Position numbers and translations under genes: made by a program
The notes under the pieces: model-generated
The model's input: only the letters and a program-made list of their open reading frames with translations
The model's database searches: none
What the model was told of the DNA's origin: nothing
Shown: in pieces, positions 1-7,256 of the stretch
How positions within the stretch are numbered: the stretch's first letter is position 1
Layout of the letters: the number at the start of each line of letters is the position of its first letter
Source of the DNA: a virus
Reading direction: 5' to 3' (one strand)
DNA: 40,629 nucleotides
IMG/VR virus record: IMGVR_UViG_3300039008_000041
Coordinates: 1-40,629 of that record

Positions 1-141
1 AAAATTATTTAAAATTGAAGCTTTAATTGATATTGAAAAATATAATATTAAGAAAGGTGATTTAGGTGGCTATATTGAGAGTGAGAAAAATTTAGAAATA
101 TCTGGCGACGCTTGGGTATCTGGCGACGCTAGGGTATCTGG
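1..141. repeat. Terminal direct repeat, copy 1 (identical to 40489-40629). This is the signature of a circular or circularly permuted genome with a 40,488 bp unit.
   Basis: Read by eye: bases 1-141 match 40489-40629 base for base, and a reading frame continues across the junction. Confidence 0.9.
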
Positions 142-742
142 CGACGCTTGGGTATCTGGCGACGCTAGGGTATCTGGCGACGCTTGGGTATCTGGCGACA
201 CTAGGGTATATGGCGACGCTAGGGTATCTGGCGACGCTTGGGTATATGGTAACGCTAGGGTATCTGGTGACGCTGAGATATATGGCAACGCTGAGATATA
301 TGGCAACGCTGATATATATGGTAACGCTGAGATATATGGTAACGCTGAGATATATGGCAACGCTGAGATATATGGCGACGCTAGGGTATCTGGCGACGCT
401 TGGGTATCTGGCGACGCTTGGGTATCTGGCGACGCTGAGATATATGGCAACGCTGAGATATATGGCAACGCTAGGGTATCTGGCGACGCTGAGATATATG
501 GCAACGCTAGGGTATCTGGAGATAATGTAGAATATAGAAAAGATACTTACAATATAACATCTAATTCACAGTATAATATAACAATTACACCTAACTTTAT
601 TAAAGTAGGATGTAAGTTTTATAGTAAAGAAGAATGGTGGAATTTCACAGATAAAGAAATATTAGAAATGGACGGTAAAAAGGCGCTATTATTCTGGAGA
701 AAATGGAAACCAATTTTAAAAGCTATTTGTGATAAAAATTAA
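2..742 (+). CDS. C-terminal 246 codons of a hexapeptide-repeat (beta-solenoid-like) protein of unknown function. The gene starts at 40439 and wraps the junction (263 aa in total).
   Basis: The frame of position 2 is open from the window edge to TAA at 740-742. It translates as KLFKIEALIDIEKYNIKKGDLGGYIESEKNLEI, then about 24 units of SGDAWV / SGDARV / YGNAEI, then ...ITPNFIKVGCKFYSKEEWWNF...KAICDKN. It is absent from the ORF track because there is no ATG inside the window start. The track ORFs 210-530(+) and 70-504(-) are other frames of the same repeat. Confidence 0.8.
   Translation, partial: KLFKIEALIDIEKYNIKKGDLGGYIESEKNLEISGDAWVSGDARVSGDAWVSGDARVSGDAWVSGDTRVYGDARVSGDAWVYGNARVSGDAEIYGNAEIYGNADIYGNAEIYGNAEIYGNAEIYGDARVSGDAWVSGDAWVSGDAEIYGNAEIYGNARVSGDAEIYGNARVSGDNVEYRKDTYNITSNSQYNITITPNFIKVGCKFYSKEEWWNFTDKEILEMDGKKALLFWRKWKPILKAICDKN
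101..532 (+). repeat. Tandem array of about 24 units of 18 bp (tctggcgacgcttgggta / tctggcgacgctagggta / tatggcaacgctgagata), in frame and coding.
   Basis: Units start at 101, 119, 137 ... 497. The last unit (515-532) is degenerate. Neighbouring units differ by 0-6 nt. Confidence 0.9.
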
Positions 743-755
743 GGAGATTTAAACC

Positions 756-1157
756 ATGAAAAAACAAAATTTAAAAGAATACAGCTCTAACAATCCAAAC
801 CCGGATGATATTATGGTAGGCGATAGACTTCGTTTTTTAAGACAAACTCGCGCTTACTCTCAAGAAAAGCTAGGCGATGCTTTGGGCATTACGTTTCAGC
901 AGGTGCAAAAGTATGAAAATGCTACTAATAGAATTAGTGCAAGTAAGCTTATTGAAATCTGCAGAATTTTCAACACTAACCCTTGCTACTTCTTTTCTGA
1001 TTATGATAAAATTGAAGACTGCGATGCTGTTGAAAATGCAAATGCTAGTAAAATGTCACGCTACGCTAGGCTTGTGGGTAAATTAGACAAACTACCGCAA
1101 GAGGATATTATTTTTATTAATAGCGTAGTTAATAGAATGTCAAAAAATAAAGGGTAG
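756..1157 (+). CDS. XRE/Cro-C1 family helix-turn-helix transcriptional regulator
   Basis: The segment VGDRLRFLRQTRAYSQEKLGDALGITFQQVQKYENATNRISASKLIEICRIF is a classical HTH_3 pattern. An RBS aaggag lies upstream. Confidence 0.75.
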   Translation: MKKQNLKEYSSNNPNPDDIMVGDRLRFLRQTRAYSQEKLGDALGITFQQVQKYENATNRISASKLIEICRIFNTNPCYFFSDYDKIEDCDAVENANASKMSRYARLVGKLDKLPQEDIIFINSVVNRMSKNKG

Positions 1158-1161
1158 TATT

Positions 1162-1560
1162 ATGGATAATCATAAATTTAGAGTTTTTAATAAAGTAGTT
1201 AAAAAATATATTGATGATTTTTTAATCGGAGATGATGGAAGATTATATAGCAATTTGAATAACGGCAACTGCGTTCCATTAAAAAAAGAATTCTATAAAA
1301 TAGAATTTTGCACAGGTCTTAAAGATAAAAACGGTAATTTGATTTATGAAGGGGATATTATTAAGCTTAAATCAAATTATGATAAGCGAGGAAATGAAAG
1401 AGTTAAGCATTATATTAATGAGGTTTATTTTTCAACAGCAAAATTTAGGAACTGCTTTTGTATAAAAAATGGTAAATTTACAACACAATTATACGGACTA
1501 GGTAGTAATATAGAAATAATTGGCAATATTCACGAAAACCCAGAACTATTGGAGAGTTAA
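1162..1560 (+). CDS. YopX-family phage protein
   Basis: GLKDKNGNLIYEGDII and the C-terminal IEIIGNIHENPELL are typical YopX signatures. Confidence 0.7.
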   Translation: MDNHKFRVFNKVVKKYIDDFLIGDDGRLYSNLNNGNCVPLKKEFYKIEFCTGLKDKNGNLIYEGDIIKLKSNYDKRGNERVKHYINEVYFSTAKFRNCFCIKNGKFTTQLYGLGSNIEIIGNIHENPELLES

Positions 1561-1563
1561 AAT

Positions 1564-1770
1564 ATGAATAAAGAAGAAAATAAATCAGAAAAACTAGAAT
1601 ACGAATGCATTGATTGCTGTAAAAAAGATGATGAAATGGATACTTGCGATAATTGCGGACAACCTTGTTGCTGTGGCGATTATTATTCTGGGGATGCTTA
1701 TCTATGCGTTGATTGTGGGAGTAATTGGTGGGAAGAAGACATAGGCGATGAGAAAGAAGAGGATGAATAA
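1564..1770 (+). CDS. Small Cys-rich (zinc-ribbon-like) protein with an acidic tail
   Basis: Contains CIDCC...CDNCGQPCCCG...CVDCG followed by the tail EEDIGDEKEEDE. Tightly packed in the operon. Confidence 0.55.
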   Translation: MNKEENKSEKLEYECIDCCKKDDEMDTCDNCGQPCCCGDYYSGDAYLCVDCGSNWWEEDIGDEKEEDE

Positions 1771-1972
1771 ATTTATTTGCAAATGTTGCGGTAATGAAAA
1801 AACAGTCTTAAGACCTAGGGGTTTCTCTTGGGTCTTGGGGCTGGTAGGGTTGATTATATTCGTACCGCTTGTTTTAGTTGGCTTTGCCTGGAGTAAGACT
1901 TTAATTCCACATTGTAGTGTTTGCGGTTCTAAAAGATTAAAGAAAATAAAAATGGAGGAGCAGAATGTATAA
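1748..1972 (+). CDS. Small membrane protein with split CxxC zinc-ribbon motifs
   Basis: CKCCG ... hydrophobic span VLGLVGLIIFVPLVLVGFAW ... CSVCG. It overlaps the previous gene by 23 nt. Confidence 0.5.
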   Translation: MRKKRMNKFICKCCGNEKTVLRPRGFSWVLGLVGLIIFVPLVLVGFAWSKTLIPHCSVCGSKRLKKIKMEEQNV

Positions 1973-2279
1973 TTTATATTTAGATGATGAAAGAACGCCA
2001 AAGAATGAAACACCTTTTTTTATTGTTAGAAACTATGAGGATTTTAAGTATACAATAATGGAGAATGGTATTCCTAGCTATATATCATTCGACCATGATT
2101 TAGGAGATACTAAAACGGGCTACGATTGCGCTAACTGGCTACAATGTTATGTAATAATGAATGGCGTAAAAATTCCGTATAATTTTAACTATAATGTTCA
2201 TTCTGCTAATCCGGTAGGGGTTAAAAGAATAGTTGACTGCATAGAAAGCTTATTAAGGATGGTAAAAAATGACTCTTAA
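1965..2279 (+). CDS. Receiver-like domain protein of the cREC type (cyclic-phosphate-processing receiver domain family), standalone
   Basis: LYLDDERTP ... ISFDHDLGDTKTGYDCANWL ... VHSANPVG matches my memory of the family signature LDDxR / DHDLG / tGyd / HSxNpvG. Confidence 0.55.
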   Translation: MYNLYLDDERTPKNETPFFIVRNYEDFKYTIMENGIPSYISFDHDLGDTKTGYDCANWLQCYVIMNGVKIPYNFNYNVHSANPVGVKRIVDCIESLLRMVKNDS

Positions 2280-2472
2280 AAAATTAATAAAAAACGATGA
2301 GTTTGTAGATTTCAGATTTAAAAATAAATTTAATGATGAACTTTTTTGCACAAATGGAGATGAAGTACATCCATCTGAAATATATAATTACAAGCTTGAT
2401 TATTTTATTGGCTTATCTTCTATAATCGACTTGCTAGATGAAGAAGTGGAGATTGTAAATGAAAGAGTATAA
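2269..2472 (+). CDS. Hypothetical protein
   Basis: ORF overlapping its neighbours in operon style. No motif recognised. Confidence 0.5.
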   Translation: MTLKKLIKNDEFVDFRFKNKFNDELFCTNGDEVHPSEIYNYKLDYFIGLSSIIDLLDEEVEIVNERV

Positions 2473-2971
2473 ACTTCAAAAAAAATGGCTTACTGAAAAA
2501 TTAGACGGCACTAAGATTGATCTACCAGATGTTAAAGACGATGCTTTTGTTTACGTGCAGTTTATGGATGAAAAGCAATATAAATCAAAAAAGCAAAATG
2601 ATACTTTCCATGCTTTGCTGGATACTTATTGGGCTAGTGGTTGCAGTAGCTTTATTAGCTATGAAGATTTAAGAATTCACTATAAAACTGTAGCCGGGCT
2701 TGTGACTAGAGAGCGTTTACCTTTGAGTGATGGTCTTATGTCTGTGCTTAAGTGGCTTTATAAGCAACTTAGAAATAAGGGTCAGGATGCTGTAAAGGAT
2801 GAGCTGGGCTTGTTAATTAGTAAAGGTAAAGAAAAAGAGCGAAGTTGGTCTGGTGTATCTAACAAAAAAGCAACTTTAGCAATTCAAACTCTTATTGACG
2901 ACATGCATGAAAGCCGAGTAAACACTGATAAATTTTTAGAAATTTTAGAAGGGATGGGGAATGTACTTTAA
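2459..2971 (+). CDS. Hypothetical protein, tentatively NinB/Orf-like recombination mediator
   Basis: KSKKQNDTFHALLDTY resembles the NinB SxxQN...a.l segment, and the gene is followed by a YbcO-like gene as in lambdoid nin regions. The similarity is weak and judged by eye only. Confidence 0.35.
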   Translation: MKEYKLQKKWLTEKLDGTKIDLPDVKDDAFVYVQFMDEKQYKSKKQNDTFHALLDTYWASGCSSFISYEDLRIHYKTVAGLVTRERLPLSDGLMSVLKWLYKQLRNKGQDAVKDELGLLISKGKEKERSWSGVSNKKATLAIQTLIDDMHESRVNTDKFLEILEGMGNVL

Positions 2972-3257
2972 ACAAAAAAGACTAGTTGATAAAAAATACC
3001 TTGAATCTGCACGTGACATGGCTTGTTTAATTTGCGGGTCACGTGGTGATGTTGTAATGCATCATCTTAGAATTGGTATTGGTGGTGGCGTTGGCTTAAA
3101 GCCCGGGGATGATTGTTGCGTACCTTTATGTTATTGTCATCATGCTGAAATAAACCAAGGAGAGGCTAGTTTTGTTAAAAAATGGCGTTATATATTTGGA
3201 AATGACCCGGTTTCTTTTGCTAAACTACTATATAAAAGATATAAAAGTGCAAAATAA
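2961..3257 (+). CDS. YbcO/DUF1364-like zinc-binding phage nuclease
   Basis: CLICGSRGDVVMHHLRIGIGGGVGLKPGDDCCVPLCYCHHAEIN parallels the YbcO pattern C..C...aH.R...G.G.KP.D....C..CH.EI. Confidence 0.55.
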   Translation: MYFKQKRLVDKKYLESARDMACLICGSRGDVVMHHLRIGIGGGVGLKPGDDCCVPLCYCHHAEINQGEASFVKKWRYIFGNDPVSFAKLLYKRYKSAK

Positions 3258-3279
3258 TTGCATTTTTTTAAATAAAGAC

Positions 3280-3334
3280 TTTACTTTTAATAAATCAGAT
3301 GTTATCTTATTATTAGGTTAACAAATAGAAAGGT
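3280..3334 (+). promoter_or_regulatory. Phage promoter plus conserved leader, copy A
   Basis: -35 TTTACT (3280-3285), 17-nt spacer, -10 TATCTT (3303-3308), 6 nt, then AGGTTAACAAATAGAAAGGT (3315-3334). The ATG is at 3342. Confidence 0.6.
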
Positions 3335-3341
3335 TTATAAA

Positions 3342-3707
3342 ATGTCAAAATTTTACAAAATAAAAAATATAAATAACGACCCGTTCGATACTATTGTGGG
3401 GTTTATAGAAGAGCATAATTGCCGTCTAGCAGAAATAATTGAAGAGTGTTTTTGCGAAGATGAGTCTAATACTCTGTTTATGTTTAATGAAGAAATAACC
3501 CCTGATGAATGCATCGAGCTTGGAGCAGAAAAGTTTGCAACTGGCGACGGATGGGATGCGCCTATTGAGTATCATTTACGTGGGGATAAGAAAGCAATTG
3601 CTGATGCTTATATTGCTAGAATTGCAAATGGTGCTTGCCTAAGTGGTAACTTTTATAGTTTCTTATTAGGTCAGGTTATAGAAAATTTACCGAGCTTGGA
3701 GGGTTAA
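3342..3707 (+). CDS. Hypothetical protein
   Basis: First ORF after promoter/leader copy A. No motif recognised. Confidence 0.6.
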   Translation: MSKFYKIKNINNDPFDTIVGFIEEHNCRLAEIIEECFCEDESNTLFMFNEEITPDECIELGAEKFATGDGWDAPIEYHLRGDKKAIADAYIARIANGACLSGNFYSFLLGQVIENLPSLEG

Positions 3708-3710
3708 ATA

Positions 3711-3905
3711 ATGGCTATTTTATTATCAATTTTCGCAACTTCTGCACTTGTTGTTATATGGATTGTATATATTTACAGAGAAGATTTAGAAGGTCTTGAG
3801 AGAAGTGTTTTTTTAGATTTGGCAGGGTTTAGTTGTTTTATAAGTCTAATCGGTATTGTATTTACCAGTATTTTAAACTTAATAACTTTAGCAATAGGAA
3901 AATAG
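3711..3905 (+). CDS. Small membrane protein (two hydrophobic spans)
   Basis: Hydrophobic segments ILLSIFATSALVVIWIVYI and FSCFISLIGIVFTSILNLITLAI. Confidence 0.55.
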   Translation: MAILLSIFATSALVVIWIVYIYREDLEGLERSVFLDLAGFSCFISLIGIVFTSILNLITLAIGK

Positions 3906-3909
3906 AGCT

Positions 3910-4209
3910 ATGTATTCAGAAGAAAATGTAGCATTAAGGGTAATGCTAGAAAATTATAAAAATGGTAACAAGTGGCTATCTGGTCGTGATGTCCGCGAGG
4001 GATTCGAAGTTAAAAGGGACGGCGTGGTTTATGTATTTTATCCGCAGTTATCTCGCAGGTTGTCTGATTTAAATATTAAACTGCCTAGTGGTCGCAAACT
4101 GGCGTTTGATAAATTTAACCGATACCAGGACACGCCGTATACTGCTTACAGAATTAGAACTATTCTAAGAGCAGTAGATCTTATTTACCTTGACGAATTA
4201 ACAAAATAG
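3910..4209 (+). CDS. Hypothetical protein
   Basis: ORF immediately upstream of the methyltransferase. No motif recognised. Confidence 0.55.
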   Translation: MYSEENVALRVMLENYKNGNKWLSGRDVREGFEVKRDGVVYVFYPQLSRRLSDLNIKLPSGRKLAFDKFNRYQDTPYTAYRIRTILRAVDLIYLDELTK

Positions 4210-4220
4210 GATTTAAAAAA

Positions 4221-5093
4221 ATGAATAAAAAAATAAATGTATTAAGCTTATTTGATGGTATTAGCTGTGGTCGCGTGGCTTTAGAGCGCGCAGGGTTTAA
4301 TGTTGGAGTATATTATGCAAGTGAAATTGATAAATATGCAACTCAAGTGTCAGAAAAAAATTACTCTGATATTATTAGAGTGGGCGATGTCACAAAGTGG
4401 AAGGATTGGGATATTAACTGGAAAGAAATTGACTTAGTTATGGCTGGTTCACCTTGTCAAGGGTTTAGCTTTGCAGGTAAACAGCTTGCTTTTAATGATC
4501 CAAGATCTGTATTATTTTTTGAGTTTGTAAACATATTGAACCATATAAAAAAATACAATCCAGATGTTAAATTTTTATTAGAAAATGTTAAAATGAAACA
4601 GCAGTATATGGATGTTATAACAGGACTACTTGAAGAAAATCCACTTCTTATTAATAGCTCTCTAGTATCTGCACAAAATAGACAAAGACTATATTGGGCT
4701 AATTGGGACTTCACAACTCCATCAGATCAGGGAATTCTATTAGAAAGCATATTTGAAGATGATGATTGTGTTATGGATAAATACTACCTAACAAGAAAAA
4801 ATCTACAACATATGCAAAGAAAATTCGGATCAAAGGGGAAAGATATAACAGACTTACTTAAATGCAACACATTAACTGCATCAATGGGTACTGGTGGTGG
4901 AAATCATAGTGACATGGATCTTATCTTAAAAGACTTTTCAGTGAGAAGACTTACACCTTTAGAATGCGAAAGACTTCAAACAATACCAGACAACTATACT
5001 TCTGGAGTGTCAGACACACAAAGATATAAAGCCCTAGGTAATGGCTGGACTGTAGATGTTATTGCTCATATATTTAAAGGATTAAAAAAATAA
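4221..5093 (+). CDS. DNA (cytosine-5)-methyltransferase, orphan
   Basis: Motif I LSLFDGISCG, motif IV GSPCQGFSFAG, motif VI FLLENV, motif VIII SAQNRQR, motif X GNGWTV. No adjacent endonuclease. Confidence 0.85.
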   Translation: MNKKINVLSLFDGISCGRVALERAGFNVGVYYASEIDKYATQVSEKNYSDIIRVGDVTKWKDWDINWKEIDLVMAGSPCQGFSFAGKQLAFNDPRSVLFFEFVNILNHIKKYNPDVKFLLENVKMKQQYMDVITGLLEENPLLINSSLVSAQNRQRLYWANWDFTTPSDQGILLESIFEDDDCVMDKYYLTRKNLQHMQRKFGSKGKDITDLLKCNTLTASMGTGGGNHSDMDLILKDFSVRRLTPLECERLQTIPDNYTSGVSDTQRYKALGNGWTVDVIAHIFKGLKK

Positions 5094-5105
5094 TCTATTT
5101 TTTAC

Positions 5106-5159
5106 TTTACTTTTAATAAATTACTTGTTATAGTATTTATAGGTTAACAATAGAAAGGT
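5106..5159 (+). promoter_or_regulatory. Phage promoter plus conserved leader, copy B
   Basis: -35 TTTACT (5106-5111), 17-nt spacer, -10 TATAGT (5129-5134), 6 nt, then AGGTTAACAATAGAAAGGT (5141-5159). CTTTACTTTTAATAAAT is shared with copy A. Confidence 0.6.
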
Positions 5160-5167
5160 ATAAAAAT

Positions 5168-5356
5168 ATGACTAATCTACAAAAAGTAAATAAACAAGGT
5201 AAACTATTAGTTAAGGTTTCGTCTGTATTGGCTATTAGTTTAATTTTAAATATTGTACTATTTTGGCAGTTCTTAAATAAAACATCTGACTACGCTGATT
5301 GCATGTATAGTTTAACTCAAGAAGTAGCTAAAAACGACTTTAACAAAGGAGTGTAA
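5168..5356 (+). CDS. Small membrane-anchored protein
   Basis: One hydrophobic span, VSSVLAISLILNIVLFWQFL. First ORF after leader copy B. Confidence 0.55.
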   Translation: MTNLQKVNKQGKLLVKVSSVLAISLILNIVLFWQFLNKTSDYADCMYSLTQEVAKNDFNKGV

Positions 5357-5360
5357 GTAT

Positions 5361-6020
5361 ATGAATTTACAAGAAATACAACAAAAATTAATTGATTTAA
5401 ATGTTAACGAATACACAGAGAAAAAGCAAAAGTTGACTTATCTGTCTTGGACTCATGCCTGGAGAGAGGTTCTGAAAATATACCCTGATGCCACTTATAA
5501 TATTATTAAGGATGAGTTTGGTAAGTGTTATTTTGGAGATCCTGAAATTGGATACATGGTTCACACTACAGTTACTATTGAAAAAGTTACCCGCGAAATG
5601 TATTTGCCAGTTATGGATGGTGCAAATAAGTCAATGAAGTTAAAACCTTATACTTATAGCACTAAATACAGTGGAGATAAAACTGTGGATGCTATTTCTA
5701 TGTTTGATATCAACAAGACGTTAATGAGATGCTTAACTAAAAACTTGGCGATGTTTGGTCTTGGATTGTATATTTATGCCGGAGAGGACTTACCTGAAGG
5801 CGAAGAAAAAGAAAACAAATCAGAACCGGCTAAAAAAGCACCGGCTAAAGAGTTAAAGCCTGCTACTACTAAAACTGTAGACTGGGTTAAAGAAAAAATC
5901 GAACAGGAGGCTTACAAAGATTTAAATCATCTTAAAAACTCAATGAAAAAACTAGCAGTATTTACAGATAAGCAACAAAAAGAAATAGAAACTGCTTTTG
6001 AAAAGCAGGTAATGAAATAA
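5361..6020 (+). CDS. Single-strand annealing protein, Sak / Rad52-like (DUF1071 family)
   Basis: LTYLSWTHAWREVLKIYPDATY, YLPVMDGANKSMK and DINKTLMRCLTKNLAMFGLGLYIYAGEDLP are the family signatures. Confidence 0.8.
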   Translation: MNLQEIQQKLIDLNVNEYTEKKQKLTYLSWTHAWREVLKIYPDATYNIIKDEFGKCYFGDPEIGYMVHTTVTIEKVTREMYLPVMDGANKSMKLKPYTYSTKYSGDKTVDAISMFDINKTLMRCLTKNLAMFGLGLYIYAGEDLPEGEEKENKSEPAKKAPAKELKPATTKTVDWVKEKIEQEAYKDLNHLKNSMKKLAVFTDKQQKEIETAFEKQVMK

Positions 6021-6031
6021 GGAGAACTAAA

Positions 6032-6259
6032 ATGTCAGAAAAAAACCAAGAATGCACTCTAGTGCAGGATAAAATGCACAGGGACTTACAAAAAAACCTT
6101 AAAAACGTTGCAAATATCGCTATTGCGTTAGACTTATCGGATTTTGGGGTAAATATACCATTTAAAGATGAAGATTTAAACAAAGCTGGTATTTTTGGCG
6201 TTAAGCTAGAAGTAAAATCAAAAATAGTAGAAAACAAAGAGGAAATAAAAAATGATTAA
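6032..6259 (+). CDS. Hypothetical protein
   Basis: ORF between the annealase and the exonuclease. No motif recognised. Confidence 0.5.
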   Translation: MSEKNQECTLVQDKMHRDLQKNLKNVANIAIALDLSDFGVNIPFKDEDLNKAGIFGVKLEVKSKIVENKEEIKND

Positions 6260-6893
6260 ATTCCAAAAACATTATGTGATTGATATTGAAACAATGAAAA
6301 ACCCGGAAATGGTTCAGTTCTTACCTGAGCCGAAAGCAGACCCAAGGTTAAAAGACCCACTAAAAATTGAGGTTGACTTGCAAAAGAAAAAACAAGCGCA
6401 AATCGACAAGATGGCGCTTAACCCTCTATTTTCTACAATTGCCTGCATTGGTATTGTTGGAACTGATGGAACTAGAAAAGTTCTATTCGGCAATGAGCAA
6501 GAGATGATTAAAGAGCTACTATCTATTGTTAACGGTTCGCATGTTATTACTTTTAACGGCAAGGGTTTTGATTTTGACTTTATCTATAAGCGTGGCGCTA
6601 TTACTGGTGCTGTTCCATTATGGAAGAAAAAACAATACACAGACCGCTACAAAGCTGTAATGCATACGGACTTAATGCTTGAGTGGGATGCTTTCAACTT
6701 TACAAGCCTTAACACTTTATCTCGTGTTATTCTTGGTAAAGAAAAAGTAGACTTCGACGTTGCTCTTATCCCGGAGCTAGTTAAAACTGAAGAAGGCAAA
6801 AAACAACTTAAAGAATATTGTTTGAAAGATTGCGAGTTAACTATGAAGCTTGCTGAAAGGCTAGGCTATATTCAGGAGGACTTAGATGTTTAA
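6252..6893 (+). CDS. DnaQ-like 3'-5' exonuclease (RNase H fold, PolB-exonuclease-related)
   Basis: Exo I-like VIDIET, ITFNGKGFDFDFIYKRG, HTDLM, and YCLKDCELT. Confidence 0.65.
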   Translation: MIKFQKHYVIDIETMKNPEMVQFLPEPKADPRLKDPLKIEVDLQKKKQAQIDKMALNPLFSTIACIGIVGTDGTRKVLFGNEQEMIKELLSIVNGSHVITFNGKGFDFDFIYKRGAITGAVPLWKKKQYTDRYKAVMHTDLMLEWDAFNFTSLNTLSRVILGKEKVDFDVALIPELVKTEEGKKQLKEYCLKDCELTMKLAERLGYIQEDLDV

Positions 6894-7161
6894 AAGATAT
6901 TTAAAGGATTATAACTCTGAACTTGTAAAGTTTTCTAATTTAATGAAAGACCAAGGGTTAGACAATCAGGTTATCTGCCGATGGTTTAATGTTAACCCTT
7001 GCAAGTTCTCAATGTTAAAAAATAATAAGGCTAATATGACAAATAATTTTAAAATGATTTTGACTTTGTATATTAACAGAGTTGAGTCTATTGGGGTAGA
7101 AAAAGCAGTAAAAGAAATTAAAAAGCTAAACAAGGAGTTTAAATTTGAAAAAACTATTTAA
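6886..7161 (+). CDS. Hypothetical protein, possible small HTH protein
   Basis: QVICRWFNVNPCKFSMLKNNK looks HTH-like. Last gene of the plus-strand early block. Confidence 0.4.
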   Translation: MFKRYLKDYNSELVKFSNLMKDQGLDNQVICRWFNVNPCKFSMLKNNKANMTNNFKMILTLYINRVESIGVEKAVKEIKKLNKEFKFEKTI

Positions 7162-7256
7162 TTATATCTGTAAAAAGTTTAATAATTTTTTTGTTGCTTA
7201 TGATGCGTACTATAGAGAATGCCAAGAGCAGAAAAAGAAAACGCAAAATAGAGTAT

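Noticed and set aside
70-530. Track ORFs 70-504(-) and 210-530(+) with MPYISASPDT... / MATLGYLATLGY... translations
   Set aside because: Both are alternative-frame or antisense readings of the 18-bp tandem array. The frame that is open across the junction, has a promoter, leader, RBS and ATG at 40439, and continues into a non-repetitive C-terminal domain is the one reported at 2-742.
101-532. Possible CRISPR array or satellite
   Set aside because: The units are contiguous 18-mers with no spacers, they are in frame, and they lie inside a coding sequence. This is a coding tandem repeat, not a CRISPR array.
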